The notes under the pieces: model-generated
What the model was told of the DNA's origin: nothing
The model's input: only the letters and a program-made list of their open reading frames with translations
The model's database searches: none
Part shown: piece after piece, positions 18,244-27,649 of the stretch
Layout: each line of letters starts with the position of its first letter
Position numbering within the stretch: the first letter of the stretch is position 1
Translations under genes and position numbers: made by a program
Virus record (IMG/VR): IMGVR_UViG_3300009165_000005
Origin: a virus
Taxonomy: Duplodnaviria; Heunggongvirae; Uroviricota; Caudoviricetes
DNA length: 64,000 nucleotides
Reading direction: 5' to 3' (one strand)

Positions 18244-18657
18244 TCATGGAGTCAACTTTCCACGAGACACAAGAGAATCAAAGGTCGACGCAGAGACGTC
18301 ACCCTTTTCCTTTCGGGCTAGTTCTTGAGCCTCTTTCCAGGTACCTGTTTCTACCCCATCAAAGTTAGGCTGCAAACTAGCCTTGAACACATGATCCTTC
18401 TCTTTCTGAGCAACCTCTTCGCGCCTCTTCTTACGATAGGCGTTCTCTTTGATGGACTTTGTAGCCCAACCACCAGACTCGCCCTCTTTCAAGACGAATC
18501 CAAGGTTGCCGGGAGCGAAACCGATCTTAGCCTCCAGACCACAGTTGTTGCAGGTCAACTTCTTGTTCCCCGCTTCTACTGCGTCGTAGTCTGAGTAGGA
18601 AAGTCGCTGGTCTCTAGTAGTCCCGCATTCGTGACACTCAATCTGATAAGTAGGCAT
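18244..18657 (-). CDS. FmdB-family zinc-ribbon protein
   Basis: MPTYQIECHECG...LTCNNCG is the CxxC-Xn-CxxC FmdB-type N-terminus. Confidence 0.75.
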   Translation of the reverse strand: MPTYQIECHECGTTRDQRLSYSDYDAVEAGNKKLTCNNCGLEAKIGFAPGNLGFVLKEGESGGWATKSIKENAYRKKRREEVAQKEKDHVFKASLQPNFDGVETGTWKEAQELARKEKGDVSASTFDSLVSRGKLTP

Positions 18658-18688
18658 CCGCAGTGAAACCTTTCCGTTCGATCTACAC

Positions 18689-19516
18689 CTACGTATCCTT
18701 TTTCTTGATCGGAATAGACCAACTACGAACTTTGGACATCACTGCCGCAACATGCTTGCAAACCCTATTGATCCGAGCTGGATCTCTGATGTTGGGAGTT
18801 GAAGCTGTACCCACGGGCTTCCCATCAAGATACCCTTCCCCCTTGGCATGGTACTCAGATCCCAACCATCTCCATGCTTTGCATGAGCAAGAGAAACTGA
18901 CGTCCATCTTGGCAAGGGCTGTCACACGCCCCTTACGAGAAGCCTTGAGACGAACCATCTTGGGACCATTGCCACAATCAACCGAGAAGATCCACCTCAG
19001 GTTCTGTACGTCAGTCCTCTTGATAGTTACTACACATGCTGTAGCTCGTTGACGAGTCTGCGGGTTCAGTCCATTCTCAATTTCGGAGATCTTAGAGGCT
19101 ACTCGAATGGGCTCCTCCAGAGAGACTGGAACTTCATGAGCACACTTGAGCAACCATAGTTGAGCAACATTCTCAACTATCGAAGCGTTGTGCCGGTTTG
19201 GAATCTCATCTCGGTAGGGGTACTTCGTGATAGACCCGTCATCCTTCACGTGTGGACCAGGTCGACGATAGGTGGGCCGAGCGTCAGAGTGATCAATCTC
19301 GTCGGGCTTCTTCTGATCCTTCAAGAGATGATCTGCATCATCCACCCGGTACATCGATTGATCCTCAATGTCAGGCTCTCGCTCCTCCTCTTGCGAGGGT
19401 TTGGCATAGGTGGAGGTCCCCGGAATACTCGGATCTAAGCCAACTCCCTTCTGAGATGGACCTGTCCCTGGGAGCCCAGATTCAGACACTAGTGGGGTTG
19501 TAAACCCTCGAATCAT
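18689..19516 (-). CDS. SWIM-type zinc-finger protein (275 aa)
   Basis: FSCSCKAW...VCKHVAAV (CxC-Xn-CxH); acidic, probably disordered N-terminal half. Confidence 0.7.
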   Translation of the reverse strand: MIRGFTTPLVSESGLPGTGPSQKGVGLDPSIPGTSTYAKPSQEEEREPDIEDQSMYRVDDADHLLKDQKKPDEIDHSDARPTYRRPGPHVKDDGSITKYPYRDEIPNRHNASIVENVAQLWLLKCAHEVPVSLEEPIRVASKISEIENGLNPQTRQRATACVVTIKRTDVQNLRWIFSVDCGNGPKMVRLKASRKGRVTALAKMDVSFSCSCKAWRWLGSEYHAKGEGYLDGKPVGTASTPNIRDPARINRVCKHVAAVMSKVRSWSIPIKKKDT

Positions 19517-19974
19517 CGGTCAATGATCCAGTAACTAGAAAAGTCACTTGCTGCCCACTGAGCGCTAACCTTGTCTGCCGCCGTAAATAGGATCTCTGAC
19601 AAGATACCCTTACCACCCTCTTCCAATTGAGCGATAGCAGTAGCTATCGCTTGCAGGAGAGTGAGCAAAAGCCTCTTTGAGTCCTTAGGGCTCTTTTTCT
19701 TGAGTTGCTTCAGGGTTACAATCGCGGTATCCAGGTGAAGTAGATATTGAGCTACTGGGTCAGAACCCTCTTCAGCGGCGGATTTGAAGTTGTCTCTGTT
19801 CTTCTCATTCTCATCCTTCCACTTCTTGGCATCCTCCGTAGTCATATTCTGCGTAGGATCAGCGGGCTTCCCTTCCTCGAACCGACTTCGACGAGCTTCC
19901 TCAGAGGATGTGGCCCCTTCGCCGGCTGAGTGAGACGAGTAGATGTTCCAACGCGCGTTGTTCGAGTTTCTCAT
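19513..19974 (-). CDS. Hypothetical protein (153 aa)
   Basis: ATGA overlaps at both ends; helical C-terminal half. Confidence 0.6.
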   Translation of the reverse strand: MRNSNNARWNIYSSHSAGEGATSSEEARRSRFEEGKPADPTQNMTTEDAKKWKDENEKNRDNFKSAAEEGSDPVAQYLLHLDTAIVTLKQLKKKSPKDSKRLLLTLLQAIATAIAQLEEGGKGILSEILFTAADKVSAQWAASDFSSYWIIDR

Positions 19975-20813
19975 GGGTTTAACATTCTCAGGGTATCTTG
20001 GGTCTTCCTAGCCCTCTTATCAGCCTGGTACAAGCGTGAATACTCTCGACGCTTATTAAGCCGTGATTGCTCTTTAGAGGCTCTCGCTTCAGGGGTGAGA
20101 GTGTCATTTTCTATCCTAATCTTGGCCAACCTAGCAGCACGAGTTACAGCTAGAGCTCTAGCATTCTTCTCTCTCCACTCCGTATTACTAGATCTTTTAC
20201 GAACACCCTCTAATTGCGCCTTCCGCCAATCTGGATCTTGGGGTAGGCTTTGCATGACTTCCAAGTATCTTGGGTCAGCGTGCAATAGAGCGTTCTTAGC
20301 TGCATTGGCTTTTAACCACTCAGGATCTTGAGCACGTCTATGTCCTGCCTCTACAGTGGCTTTCTTCCAAGAGTGGCGTTTTGATCGCTCACGGCTAGCA
20401 GAAGAAATAGCAGCTAGCCAGGAAGGGTCAGCGTGCATCTTCTTCATCGCAATAGAATAGGCTTCACGGCGTCGCCTCTCTGCTTCTGGTGAAAGCAAAG
20501 ATATACCGTCCCCTCCAACTGTCAGATTATACCCGATAGGGGCTAAGCATTTGTTGGAGTAAACTTGACTCACCTCAGCATCAAAGAGATCACTCAAGGG
20601 GCCGTATACTACTTCCAAAGTCTCTACCGAAAAGTTATGAGGTCCGTATTTGTTAATAGCTCTATGTAGAGCGAATTTTCTTCTAGACCTGGCTTGACTA
20701 ATATGCCTAAGCCAACGCTCTTCAACAGTTCTAGTAGTACACCCCACATACTTCTTCCCGTTCACGAGATTCGTGATCAGGTAGATATACCCAGCAAAAG
20801 CAGATGAGGTCAT
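19971..20813 (-). mobile_element. Free-standing GIY-YIG homing endonuclease
   Basis: GYIYLITNLVNGKKYVG, RW..H, AINKYG..NF..ETLE; C-terminal ~17-aa helical repeats (DPSW, DPEW, DPRY, DPDW, NTEW). Confidence 0.85.
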
Positions 20814-20837
20814 AATTGTTGTGCACCAAAGTCTAGC

Positions 20838-21734
20838 TTATTGGTGCTTATCTTTTACTACATCCTTATTTTTCTCCCAGTGTGTAGCTATCTCCTCCAA
20901 CTGGTCCTCAGTTAGTGCAGGATTAGATGACTTAAACCCGTCAATTACGTCCTGTCTCGTAGTAGCCTGGATCGGTCCCATGGCTTCGAGAGCCTGCTGG
21001 GATGTCTGGGATAGGGCCATGAGCACCCGACGTACCCGACGACTAGCCTCTTTGGGCGGAATGCGAGCGGACTCTACATCAGCGGCGATCCGACGGAGGG
21101 CTGTTGCAATATGACTGGTAGAAGCTGCTCGGAACATGGATGCTCTCTTTCCTTGACTTGGTACTGTGGTTGAGGAGTGCTTGATTGTCTTCAACGCCCT
21201 ATCGGCAAGTTCTTTGATGTCTTCAAGCTTCCCTTGAAGTTGAGGGGGTAGATCCTTACGTAATCGTGCCGCCTCTAGAAGGATGTTTTCGAGACTCGTA
21301 GTGATCTGATTAATGTCCTTCACGTCAAGAGCCCCAGCCATCCTCGGTTGCCCTTGCTCCGGACGAGGTTGAATGAACGGAGACACCCGATCAATTTGAC
21401 GTATACGGACATCCCTGAGAACGTCCTCCAACTCCTCAACCTTCTCAGGCCTGAGTTGAGTCTTTAGCTCCTCATAGTCCAAACGCGAGGCCGCCAAAGC
21501 CGTAGCCCCCAAAGCCTTGTCCAACTTGAACAAGGCATCTGGGATCCCATAGATTGCATCCCCAGCAACTTCATAGAGATGATCCCTTTGAGGAGAAGAA
21601 GCAATCAATCGAACTACCTGACTGACGAACTTCTTAAGTTGCTCGCAACGAAGGCGAGCATCTGTAAGTTCCTCTACAAGATAGACCAGTACACCAGCTT
21701 CTTTATTGGTTCCCGTAGAGTTTACGTTATCCAT
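20838..21734 (-). CDS. Hypothetical helical protein, probable virion/head component (298 aa)
   Basis: Full-length ORF in the late cluster carrying KEAG, KRAS, RAAS, RIAA and KEAS motifs. Confidence 0.65.
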   Translation of the reverse strand: MDNVNSTGTNKEAGVLVYLVEELTDARLRCEQLKKFVSQVVRLIASSPQRDHLYEVAGDAIYGIPDALFKLDKALGATALAASRLDYEELKTQLRPEKVEELEDVLRDVRIRQIDRVSPFIQPRPEQGQPRMAGALDVKDINQITTSLENILLEAARLRKDLPPQLQGKLEDIKELADRALKTIKHSSTTVPSQGKRASMFRAASTSHIATALRRIAADVESARIPPKEASRRVRRVLMALSQTSQQALEAMGPIQATTRQDVIDGFKSSNPALTEDQLEEIATHWEKNKDVVKDKHQ

Positions 21735-21744
21735 CGAGCTAGCT

Positions 21745-21794
21745 AAAGTACAAGAAGACTACCGGCTCAATCAGGTAGATCTAGCCGGTAGTCT
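21745..21794 (-). terminator. Terminator-like hairpin overlapping a candidate late promoter
   Basis: Perfect 12-bp stem AGACTACCGGCT/AGCCGGTAGTCT, 8 nt after the 430-aa stop; tail TCTTGTACTTT; 3' arm plus tail reads TAGTCTTCTTGTAC. Confidence 0.6.
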
Positions 21795-21801
21795 CAGCAC
21801 C

Positions 21802-23094
21802 TCAACCAGGAAACGCTTCAGGGAACTCTTCGATGAGTAGCTTCTTGAACTCGTCACTTTCAGCAGCGAAAATAGCCCGGATGACCTCCGGACACTTCTC
21901 GTAATTCAAACGAATCATCGCTATCCGACGCTTCCAGTGGTCTGAGAAGTTGTAATCATCCGGGAAGTCCTTACAGAGACCTTTGGCTACCCTTCTTCGG
22001 TAGTCAGCTGTCCCATCATTGTCGATACGAGATCTCGGTTCATCATCTGACGGCATGGATACCGTGGTCTCAAATGTTGGAGCTGGTTGCGACCCCATAC
22101 CCTTCTTAGGCCCATTGGTGTTCCGAAAAGTAATCCCCTCTTGCTCCATAACCGACTCCACAGCATGCCCTGTTGAGCCCGAAGCATCGAAGGTCTCTAC
22201 ACCTCCACCTGAGGTCAACCCAACTGAGATCCCTTCCTGAACCCTAGCTTGACTAGGCGCTACCTTGCCAACTACAGGAGTTGCAGATGCAACCATGACT
22301 CGAGCCTTTGGTTGAGCTTGAGAACGCATACCTGATTGATTCATCGAGGCTAGGTTGGTAGTGACTACTGGAGGTGGTACGTAACCTGGAGTTCTACTCT
22401 GGATATCACCCTTCCGAGCCTCCTTCTCAGCCACATAGATTGACCGCTCTTCATCGGTCATCTTGGATAGGAGATCCCCCTCAGAGATCCCCTCACCAGG
22501 TTGAATCTTGACCAACTCCGCATCTCGAATAGCGGTACCAACTGTGTTGGGGGTCACCTGAGGTGCGGTCTTAGCCGAGGTCTTGAATTGTCTCTCAACC
22601 TCAACCCCAAACTCAGCACCACCAATCAAATCAGAACTACTCCCTCGTGCCACGAAGGCTCCTGCTCTTCCGGTAGACTGCCTAACCTCAGCGGTCCTCT
22701 GCCGGGCTTGTTGAGTCCTAGCAGAGCTACTCATGACCACCCGCTCATCAGATTCAACGGTAACGATGGCGGACTTCTTTGGAGGAGATAGTGGGTTCTG
22801 GCCTAAGTCATTGGCTGCCCGAACCCCAATATTCGCAGACGGGTTGGCTACTGGAGCTGCACCCGGATTGTATTCGTCAGCAGGTACAATCCACCCCATC
22901 CTAATGGCCCCTCGAAGGGTAGGTAGCATGAAACGGCTACCATTCAGCTCTACAATAGTACCATCAAACAGAATCTCCATCCCATCGTAGACACTGTAAT
23001 TAGTACCGCCCAAAGTGAACGCTTTCGTCGAGATAAAGCGTTCCATTTTTCCCGGTGTAAATCTAATCTGGGTCTGATTGGCTTCCATTGTCAT
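21802..23094 (-). CDS. Hypothetical protein (430 aa) with folded ends and a low-complexity middle
   Basis: Strong SD GAGGAGG, long ORF, same-strand packing. Confidence 0.7.
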   Translation of the reverse strand: MTMEANQTQIRFTPGKMERFISTKAFTLGGTNYSVYDGMEILFDGTIVELNGSRFMLPTLRGAIRMGWIVPADEYNPGAAPVANPSANIGVRAANDLGQNPLSPPKKSAIVTVESDERVVMSSSARTQQARQRTAEVRQSTGRAGAFVARGSSSDLIGGAEFGVEVERQFKTSAKTAPQVTPNTVGTAIRDAELVKIQPGEGISEGDLLSKMTDEERSIYVAEKEARKGDIQSRTPGYVPPPVVTTNLASMNQSGMRSQAQPKARVMVASATPVVGKVAPSQARVQEGISVGLTSGGGVETFDASGSTGHAVESVMEQEGITFRNTNGPKKGMGSQPAPTFETTVSMPSDDEPRSRIDNDGTADYRRRVAKGLCKDFPDDYNFSDHWKRRIAMIRLNYEKCPEVIRAIFAAESDEFKKLLIEEFPEAFPG

Positions 23095-23133
23095 GGCCTC
23101 CTCGGCTCATGACACACCCATGATAAGTACTTT

Positions 23134-23185
23134 AAACAAGTCAGGTGCCGTGAGTCACCCAGTAGCACTGAACTCACAGCACCTG
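23134..23185 (-). terminator. Long hairpin after the HU gene, probable terminator
   Basis: CAGGTGC-TGTGAGT...ACTCACG-GCACCTG (14-bp stem, 1 G-U) followed by ACTTGTTT. Confidence 0.65.
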
Positions 23186-23207
23186 TCGAAGAAAACCGAA
23201 GTAGAAC

Positions 23208-23615
23208 TTACTTCTTGGCGGTCTTCTTGGCCTTCGACGCGGACTCCTTCTTCTCCGCAGCAGCGGCGGCGGCGGCAGCAGCCTTAGCAGCAGCGGCAGG
23301 AGAAGGAGGAGGAGGAGGAACTATTCCAGCTTCCACCTTGATGGCCTTCAAGAAACGAGCCTTTAACTTCTTGGAAGCGGGCTTGGCGGCAACGATCATC
23401 TCCTGGCCGTTTGATGGATTGCGAGCTTTGCGCTCCGCCTTCGGGGGGACCCCTACGACAGTTAGCTTCACAATGCTAGGAAGGACGAACTTCTTATCTT
23501 TGCGAAGACATTTAGCAACCACTGTATTCAGAGCAGTGAGAAACCCACGGACATGGGTCTTGGTAGTACCTTCCATCTCGTTGGCAATAGCCGCAATCAG
23601 TCCAGTCTTGGTCAT
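23208..23615 (-). CDS. hup: Histone-like DNA-binding protein HU with a Pro/Ala/Lys-rich C-terminal tail
   Basis: MTKTGLIAAIA..., KFVLPSIVKL, ERKARNPSNGQEM..AAKPASKKLKARF; tail PPPPPSPAAAAKAAAAAAAAAEKK..KAKKTAKK. Confidence 0.85.
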   Translation of the reverse strand: MTKTGLIAAIANEMEGTTKTHVRGFLTALNTVVAKCLRKDKKFVLPSIVKLTVVGVPPKAERKARNPSNGQEMIVAAKPASKKLKARFLKAIKVEAGIVPPPPPSPAAAAKAAAAAAAAAEKKESASKAKKTAKK

Positions 23616-23745
23616 AACTTACATTCCTTCTGATCTGAGTTAGTTTGCGGAAGGAACACTCTCCACTCCGTCTAGGTGGTAACAACTACACCACCGACTA
23701 CCAATCTATAGAGGTGGACAAGAAATAAATCTAGGGACCCCCTAC

Positions 23746-24201
23746 TTAGCCCTCAACCGGTGTCTCTGAGCTAGCCCATAAGGCTGATAGCTCTACCTGA
23801 TCGCCCGAGTTGACCGTCAGCATCGCCTGCTGAGCAAAAGCAGTCTCCTCCTCACGTGCTCTTAGGAAGGTGTCTATCTGGGCTTTGATTTGTTCGTAGG
23901 CTTTCCTCAAAGCCTCTTGTTCAGAATCAGCCTCTCCACTGAACTCTTGACGGAACACATCCTCGAAGGTCTTTTGGGAGACCGCCTCAATGGAGCCTGG
24001 ATCCAGAGTAGTCCGGTACCCAGTATATGTGGTACCAACCAGCTTTACGGTCACTACCCAAGTAGGGGTGTCAGGCAGGTCCGTTGGGGTGTTTTTGAAC
24101 TCGAAGGTGACGTTAGTAACCGCGTTGCGGTTGATCGACCTACCGTAGAGATGAAGAGCGCCTGAAATGGAGGACAAGATACTCATGCCCTCTGAGTACA
24201 C
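23746..24201 (-). CDS. Hypothetical protein (~146-151 aa)
   Basis: ORF between the capsid terminator and HU; an alternative ATG at 24186 is plausible. Confidence 0.6.
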   Translation of the reverse strand: MYSEGMSILSSISGALHLYGRSINRNAVTNVTFEFKNTPTDLPDTPTWVVTVKLVGTTYTGYRTTLDPGSIEAVSQKTFEDVFRQEFSGEADSEQEALRKAYEQIKAQIDTFLRAREEETAFAQQAMLTVNSGDQVELSALWASSETPVEG

Positions 24202-24342
24202 CGAGAATCAGGGCAACTTGATCAACCAAACAATATCCCCTCTCATAGGAAGTGGGCGCTAGTACGGAGCGAAACACCCATAACAGGTCTTTTGTTCTTT
24301 GATTAGGCTATGTTGCTTCGATAGAATCACGACTTGGTGCTT

Positions 24343-24379
24343 AAAGAGGAAGGCCGGGAGTCCTTTCGGAAACCCGGCC
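24343..24379 (-). terminator. Rho-independent terminator after the major capsid gene
   Basis: GGCCGGG-TT-TCC-GAAA-GGA-CT-CCCGGCC followed by TTCCTCTTT. Confidence 0.85.
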
Positions 24380-24403
24380 CACACTCAATTCAGCCTAATT
24401 TTC

Positions 24404-25276
24404 TTAGACTCGCGTTACCACTACCCTGGTGAGGCCACGGGGGTTGAACGCGCCAATACCGATATTTTGGAAACAACTGAACCCAATCGTACGCGCCTTG
24501 GGATCATCTGCACTCAAAACTGTAAGTTCTGTACGTACGGGTATCCGGCCGAAATTTTCAGGCTCAGCGGAAATATACACAAAACCAGCAGGGACCAAAC
24601 GGCTCGTGATGATCTGGGCGCCCCAAAGGGTTGCCTGGAGACCAGTCTTGAGCAGAACGGCCTGACTCTCGATATCCAGAATGTCGCGTCCGAACTTACG
24701 GATGTCCGCGTAGTCCACCGCGTTCATATAGATACGAGCGACCCTAAGGTCGTGACGCTCTACCTCAGCAAAGGCATCCGCGAGGACACTTGGGCTGATT
24801 GGAGCCACGACGTTGAGGTCGGGGTTCGTCTGACCTGGCAAGGTATCGAAGCCAGAGACTGCGATCGAGTCGAGGACTGCAAACACGCGCTCGTCTTCCG
24901 CGGCCTGGATCTGGGCTTTCGCCAAGTCCTGAGCGCGTTCGATGAGATCGAATCGGCGTTCCTTGATCTGAGTAAGGGGGATCTCGGGGTTCGAGGCAAG
25001 CTCGAACAACGGGAAGATGACCCTTCGGGGCTTCTGGATGGCAAGGATGTTCTCACCCTCTTCACCGACCACGTAGGCGGTGACATCCGGATCCTTATCG
25101 TAGATCGGGAGAGCACCATCCGGGAGTTGTTCGACTAAGAAGGTCTTACGACCCACAGCCGTGTAATCTCTGCGAAGACGCAGAGGCTGAATCATCGAAG
25201 CGGCAAGCTTAGCTCGACCAGCAGCCGTTTTGATGTACTCACTAATGATCTGTTGCTTGATGTCGTTGCTAACCAC
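24404..25276 (-). CDS. Major capsid protein (HK97 fold, 290 aa)
   Basis: Last gene of the portal-protease-scaffold-decoration series, followed by a strong terminator. E-loop-like EQLPDGALPIYDKD..AYVVGEEG and P-domain-like LFELASNP..AEDERVF, GAQIITSRLVPAG. Confidence 0.85.
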   Translation of the reverse strand: MVSNDIKQQIISEYIKTAAGRAKLAASMIQPLRLRRDYTAVGRKTFLVEQLPDGALPIYDKDPDVTAYVVGEEGENILAIQKPRRVIFPLFELASNPEIPLTQIKERRFDLIERAQDLAKAQIQAAEDERVFAVLDSIAVSGFDTLPGQTNPDLNVVAPISPSVLADAFAEVERHDLRVARIYMNAVDYADIRKFGRDILDIESQAVLLKTGLQATLWGAQIITSRLVPAGFVYISAEPENFGRIPVRTELTVLSADDPKARTIGFSCFQNIGIGAFNPRGLTRVVVTRV

Positions 25277-25299
25277 GGTAGTCTACCTTTCTTGTCGGC

Positions 25300-25935
25300 T
25301 CAGATCCTGAGGTCGACGATCAGCATGGGGGTGGTGGCATCGACAGCAGCCTTGAGAACGCCGACAACAGTGGGAGTCAGACTCTCACTGGTTTCAAGGG
25401 AGTCGGCGGAAACGTTAGTGATCAATCCATTGATACTCGCGTATAGGAGATCACCAGCAGTATAGGTAATAGCATCACCCTTTGTGTGCCCACCACCAGT
25501 TAGCTGATACTGGGTTTCGTAGATCGTTAGACCTACGCAAGAACCAGATCCGCAAACGTACGGTCCACGACCCGATGCCGGTCCGGGAGTGTTCTCGTAG
25601 GCGTTACCAGCAGCATCATTCAAGAAGATGCCGAGGGGACGCATACCGGTGCTAAACACGGTTGGAGGATCTGCAGGGGTTCCTGCGGGACCCCCAATCA
25701 CATTGTTTCCCGCCACAGGGCGAGTGAAGGCGAATGACCCACCGAGCACACCAGTCTTGGTGATCCCGGATAGGGTGGTACTTTTTGCTGAAGCGCCCGT
25801 TGCGAGTGCAGGATTTGCTTGGGTGAAGGCATCTGCCGCGAGGACACCCACACTATTGCGGGTGACGACGTGAAACAGTTGGACTCGACCTGAGGTTTCC
25901 CTGAATTCGCCCGAGCTTTGACCGTTCATGGACAT
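25300..25935 (-). CDS. Capsid decoration/cement protein (beta-tulip-like)
   Basis: Immediately upstream of the MCP gene; RPLGIF..TYTAGDLLYASINGLIT..VVGV. ATG at 25935 (SD GGGA) preferred over the TTG at 25968. Confidence 0.65.
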   Translation of the reverse strand: MSMNGQSSGEFRETSGRVQLFHVVTRNSVGVLAADAFTQANPALATGASAKSTTLSGITKTGVLGGSFAFTRPVAGNNVIGGPAGTPADPPTVFSTGMRPLGIFLNDAAGNAYENTPGPASGRGPYVCGSGSCVGLTIYETQYQLTGGGHTKGDAITYTAGDLLYASINGLITNVSADSLETSESLTPTVVGVLKAAVDATTPMLIVDLRI

Positions 25936-26079
25936 ACTTATGTTCCCTGTTGGGTTAAAGTTGAGCAAACTTCATATTCATCTACATCTAGGCAATCACT
26001 GCATCTCAACGAATTGAGACCTCAGGACTGAGAGCTCTTCTAAGTGGAGCTGATCACACAACCCCACCTAACAAGTTCA

Positions 26080-27618
26080 TTAATCAGTTCGCATGCCGAA
26101 GGCCTCACGAACATCCGGAGCTGAATTCCAGATCCTCGAGAGATCTCGTCCAGCACTTACATTCGAGGGGACCCCACCAATCTGGCTGACACCAGCAGTG
26201 GGTCGTGTTCCGACAGTCCTCATAGAGGCAGTTCGGACAACATGAGCTTGCTTCTGCTGAGCTTGGCCTTGGCCCTGATCTTCCTGACCTTGACCAGCCG
26301 CTTCTTGGGCATTCTTGTACTCAGTGTTAGAGAACAGCTGACGGAGAGCATTGTCCTCATCGGGCGTGAGTTGAGCCTCACCAACATCCATATTGGGGGT
26401 ATCCAACTGAATATCCATATCGGCAACGGGCTCGATCTGACCTTGCTCAGCAAGCATCTGATCGATTTCGCTACCTACTTGTTGCTGGCTTTGACCCAAG
26501 CATTGTTGAGCAGCCTGAACCGGATCCTGACCCTGGGCGATGGCTTGCTGAACAGCCTGAGCTACCTGCTGAGCCTGGGACTGTTGCTGCATCTGAGCTT
26601 GTTGCTGCTGCTGACCCGCCTGCTGCTGCTGAGTCTGAACCTGCTGGGCTTGAGCCAATTGCTGCTGGATCTGCTGAGCCTGCTGAATCAACTGGGCAAG
26701 TTGCTGTTGCATTGCCTGTTGCTGCATCTCAGCTTGCTTCTGCTGGCCTTGACCTTGATCTTGCTGACCCTGGTCCTGTTGAGCTTGCTTCTGCTGAGCT
26801 TGACCTTGATCTTGCTGACCCTGGTCCTGTTGAGCTTGCTTCTGCTGTCCCTGGCCCTGCTGACTCTCTTGACCTTGCTCACCTTGCTCATCCGCAGCAA
26901 GACGCGTATAGGTAGACATTAACTCCGCATCAGGGAGGTACATGAAGGAATAGCTCTGATTTTCAACTTCCGCAGCAGATGCGGTCTTGGGAAGGATCTT
27001 ACGAGCAATAGCTACACAAAGAGCTGCCTTCTTGTCAGTGGCTTCGCTCTTCTCATCATCGTCTTCCTTCTCTTCCTTCTTCTTCTTGATGTTCTCAAGA
27101 AACTGAGGAGGTATCTGACCCGCTTGCTTCTGCTGACTCTGACCCTGACTCCCTTGGTCTTGCTCCTCTTGCTCTTCTTGTTCATCAGCGGCAAGACGAG
27201 TATAGGTAGCCATCACCTCTGCATCGGGGAGATACATGAAGGAGTAGCTCTGATCCTCAAGCTCCGCCGCGGAGGCGGTCTTGGGAAGGATCCTGCGAGC
27301 AATAGCCACACAGAGAGCTGCCTTCTTCGTAATGACTTCTTCGGAGGCAGTTTTCTCAGGATGATTGAAGGTATCGGATCTCATCTCAGGCATACCAATC
27401 TCATTACGCTTGACCTGACCACCAGCGTATTCAGCTTCCCAAGTTCCATTTGAAGGATGGATATCCTCAGCAAAGTCCGAAGGCCCACCAATCACGTACT
27501 GGTCGGCGGAGGGCTGCTGATTAACGTGATCCTGATTCATCAAGTAGGGGTCGGCGACTTTCATACCAGCCCTCTTGGCGATTGCATTTACGTTCCAAGT
27601 TGAGCGCTCACGAGGCAT
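26080..27618 (-). CDS. Gln-rich prohead scaffolding/core protein (512 aa)
   Basis: Position between protease and capsid genes; Q/E-rich; duplicated ~50-aa block. Confidence 0.65.
   Translation of the reverse strand: MPRERSTWNVNAIAKRAGMKVADPYLMNQDHVNQQPSADQYVIGGPSDFAEDIHPSNGTWEAEYAGGQVKRNEIGMPEMRSDTFNHPEKTASEEVITKKAALCVAIARRILPKTASAAELEDQSYSFMYLPDAEVMATYTRLAADEQEEQEEQDQGSQGQSQQKQAGQIPPQFLENIKKKKEEKEDDDEKSEATDKKAALCVAIARKILPKTASAAEVENQSYSFMYLPDAELMSTYTRLAADEQGEQGQESQQGQGQQKQAQQDQGQQDQGQAQQKQAQQDQGQQDQGQGQQKQAEMQQQAMQQQLAQLIQQAQQIQQQLAQAQQVQTQQQQAGQQQQQAQMQQQSQAQQVAQAVQQAIAQGQDPVQAAQQCLGQSQQQVGSEIDQMLAEQGQIEPVADMDIQLDTPNMDVGEAQLTPDEDNALRQLFSNTEYKNAQEAAGQGQEDQGQGQAQQKQAHVVRTASMRTVGTRPTAGVSQIGGVPSNVSAGRDLSRIWNSAPDVREAFGMRTD
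26886..27330 (-). repeat. Duplicated ~50-aa block in the scaffold (two copies 294 nt apart)
   Basis: KKAALCVAIAR[RK]ILPKTASAAE.E.QSYSFMYLPDAE.M.TYTRLAADEQ x2, followed by 16-aa QQKQAQQDQGQQDQGQ repeats (about 26735-26850). Confidence 0.9.
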
Positions 27619-27649
27619 GGAGGAGATCCTTTCCTTAATTCGAGAAGCT

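Noticed and set aside
19971-20813. Group I intron hosting the GIY-YIG ORF
   Set aside because: The flanking genes are complete and the ORF overlaps the next gene by ATGA, leaving no room for intron core elements.
24299-25138. 279-aa plus-strand ORF antisense to the major capsid gene (likewise 54991-55713, 52501-53073 and other plus-strand ORFs)
   Set aside because: Shadow ORFs in register with strongly biased minus-strand genes; no recognisable motifs and no plus-strand gene context anywhere in the window.
26242-26922. 226-aa Leu-rich, membrane-looking plus-strand ORF
   Set aside because: It is the reverse complement of the scaffold's CAG/CAA Gln codons (read as CTG/TTG Leu), so a compositional artefact.
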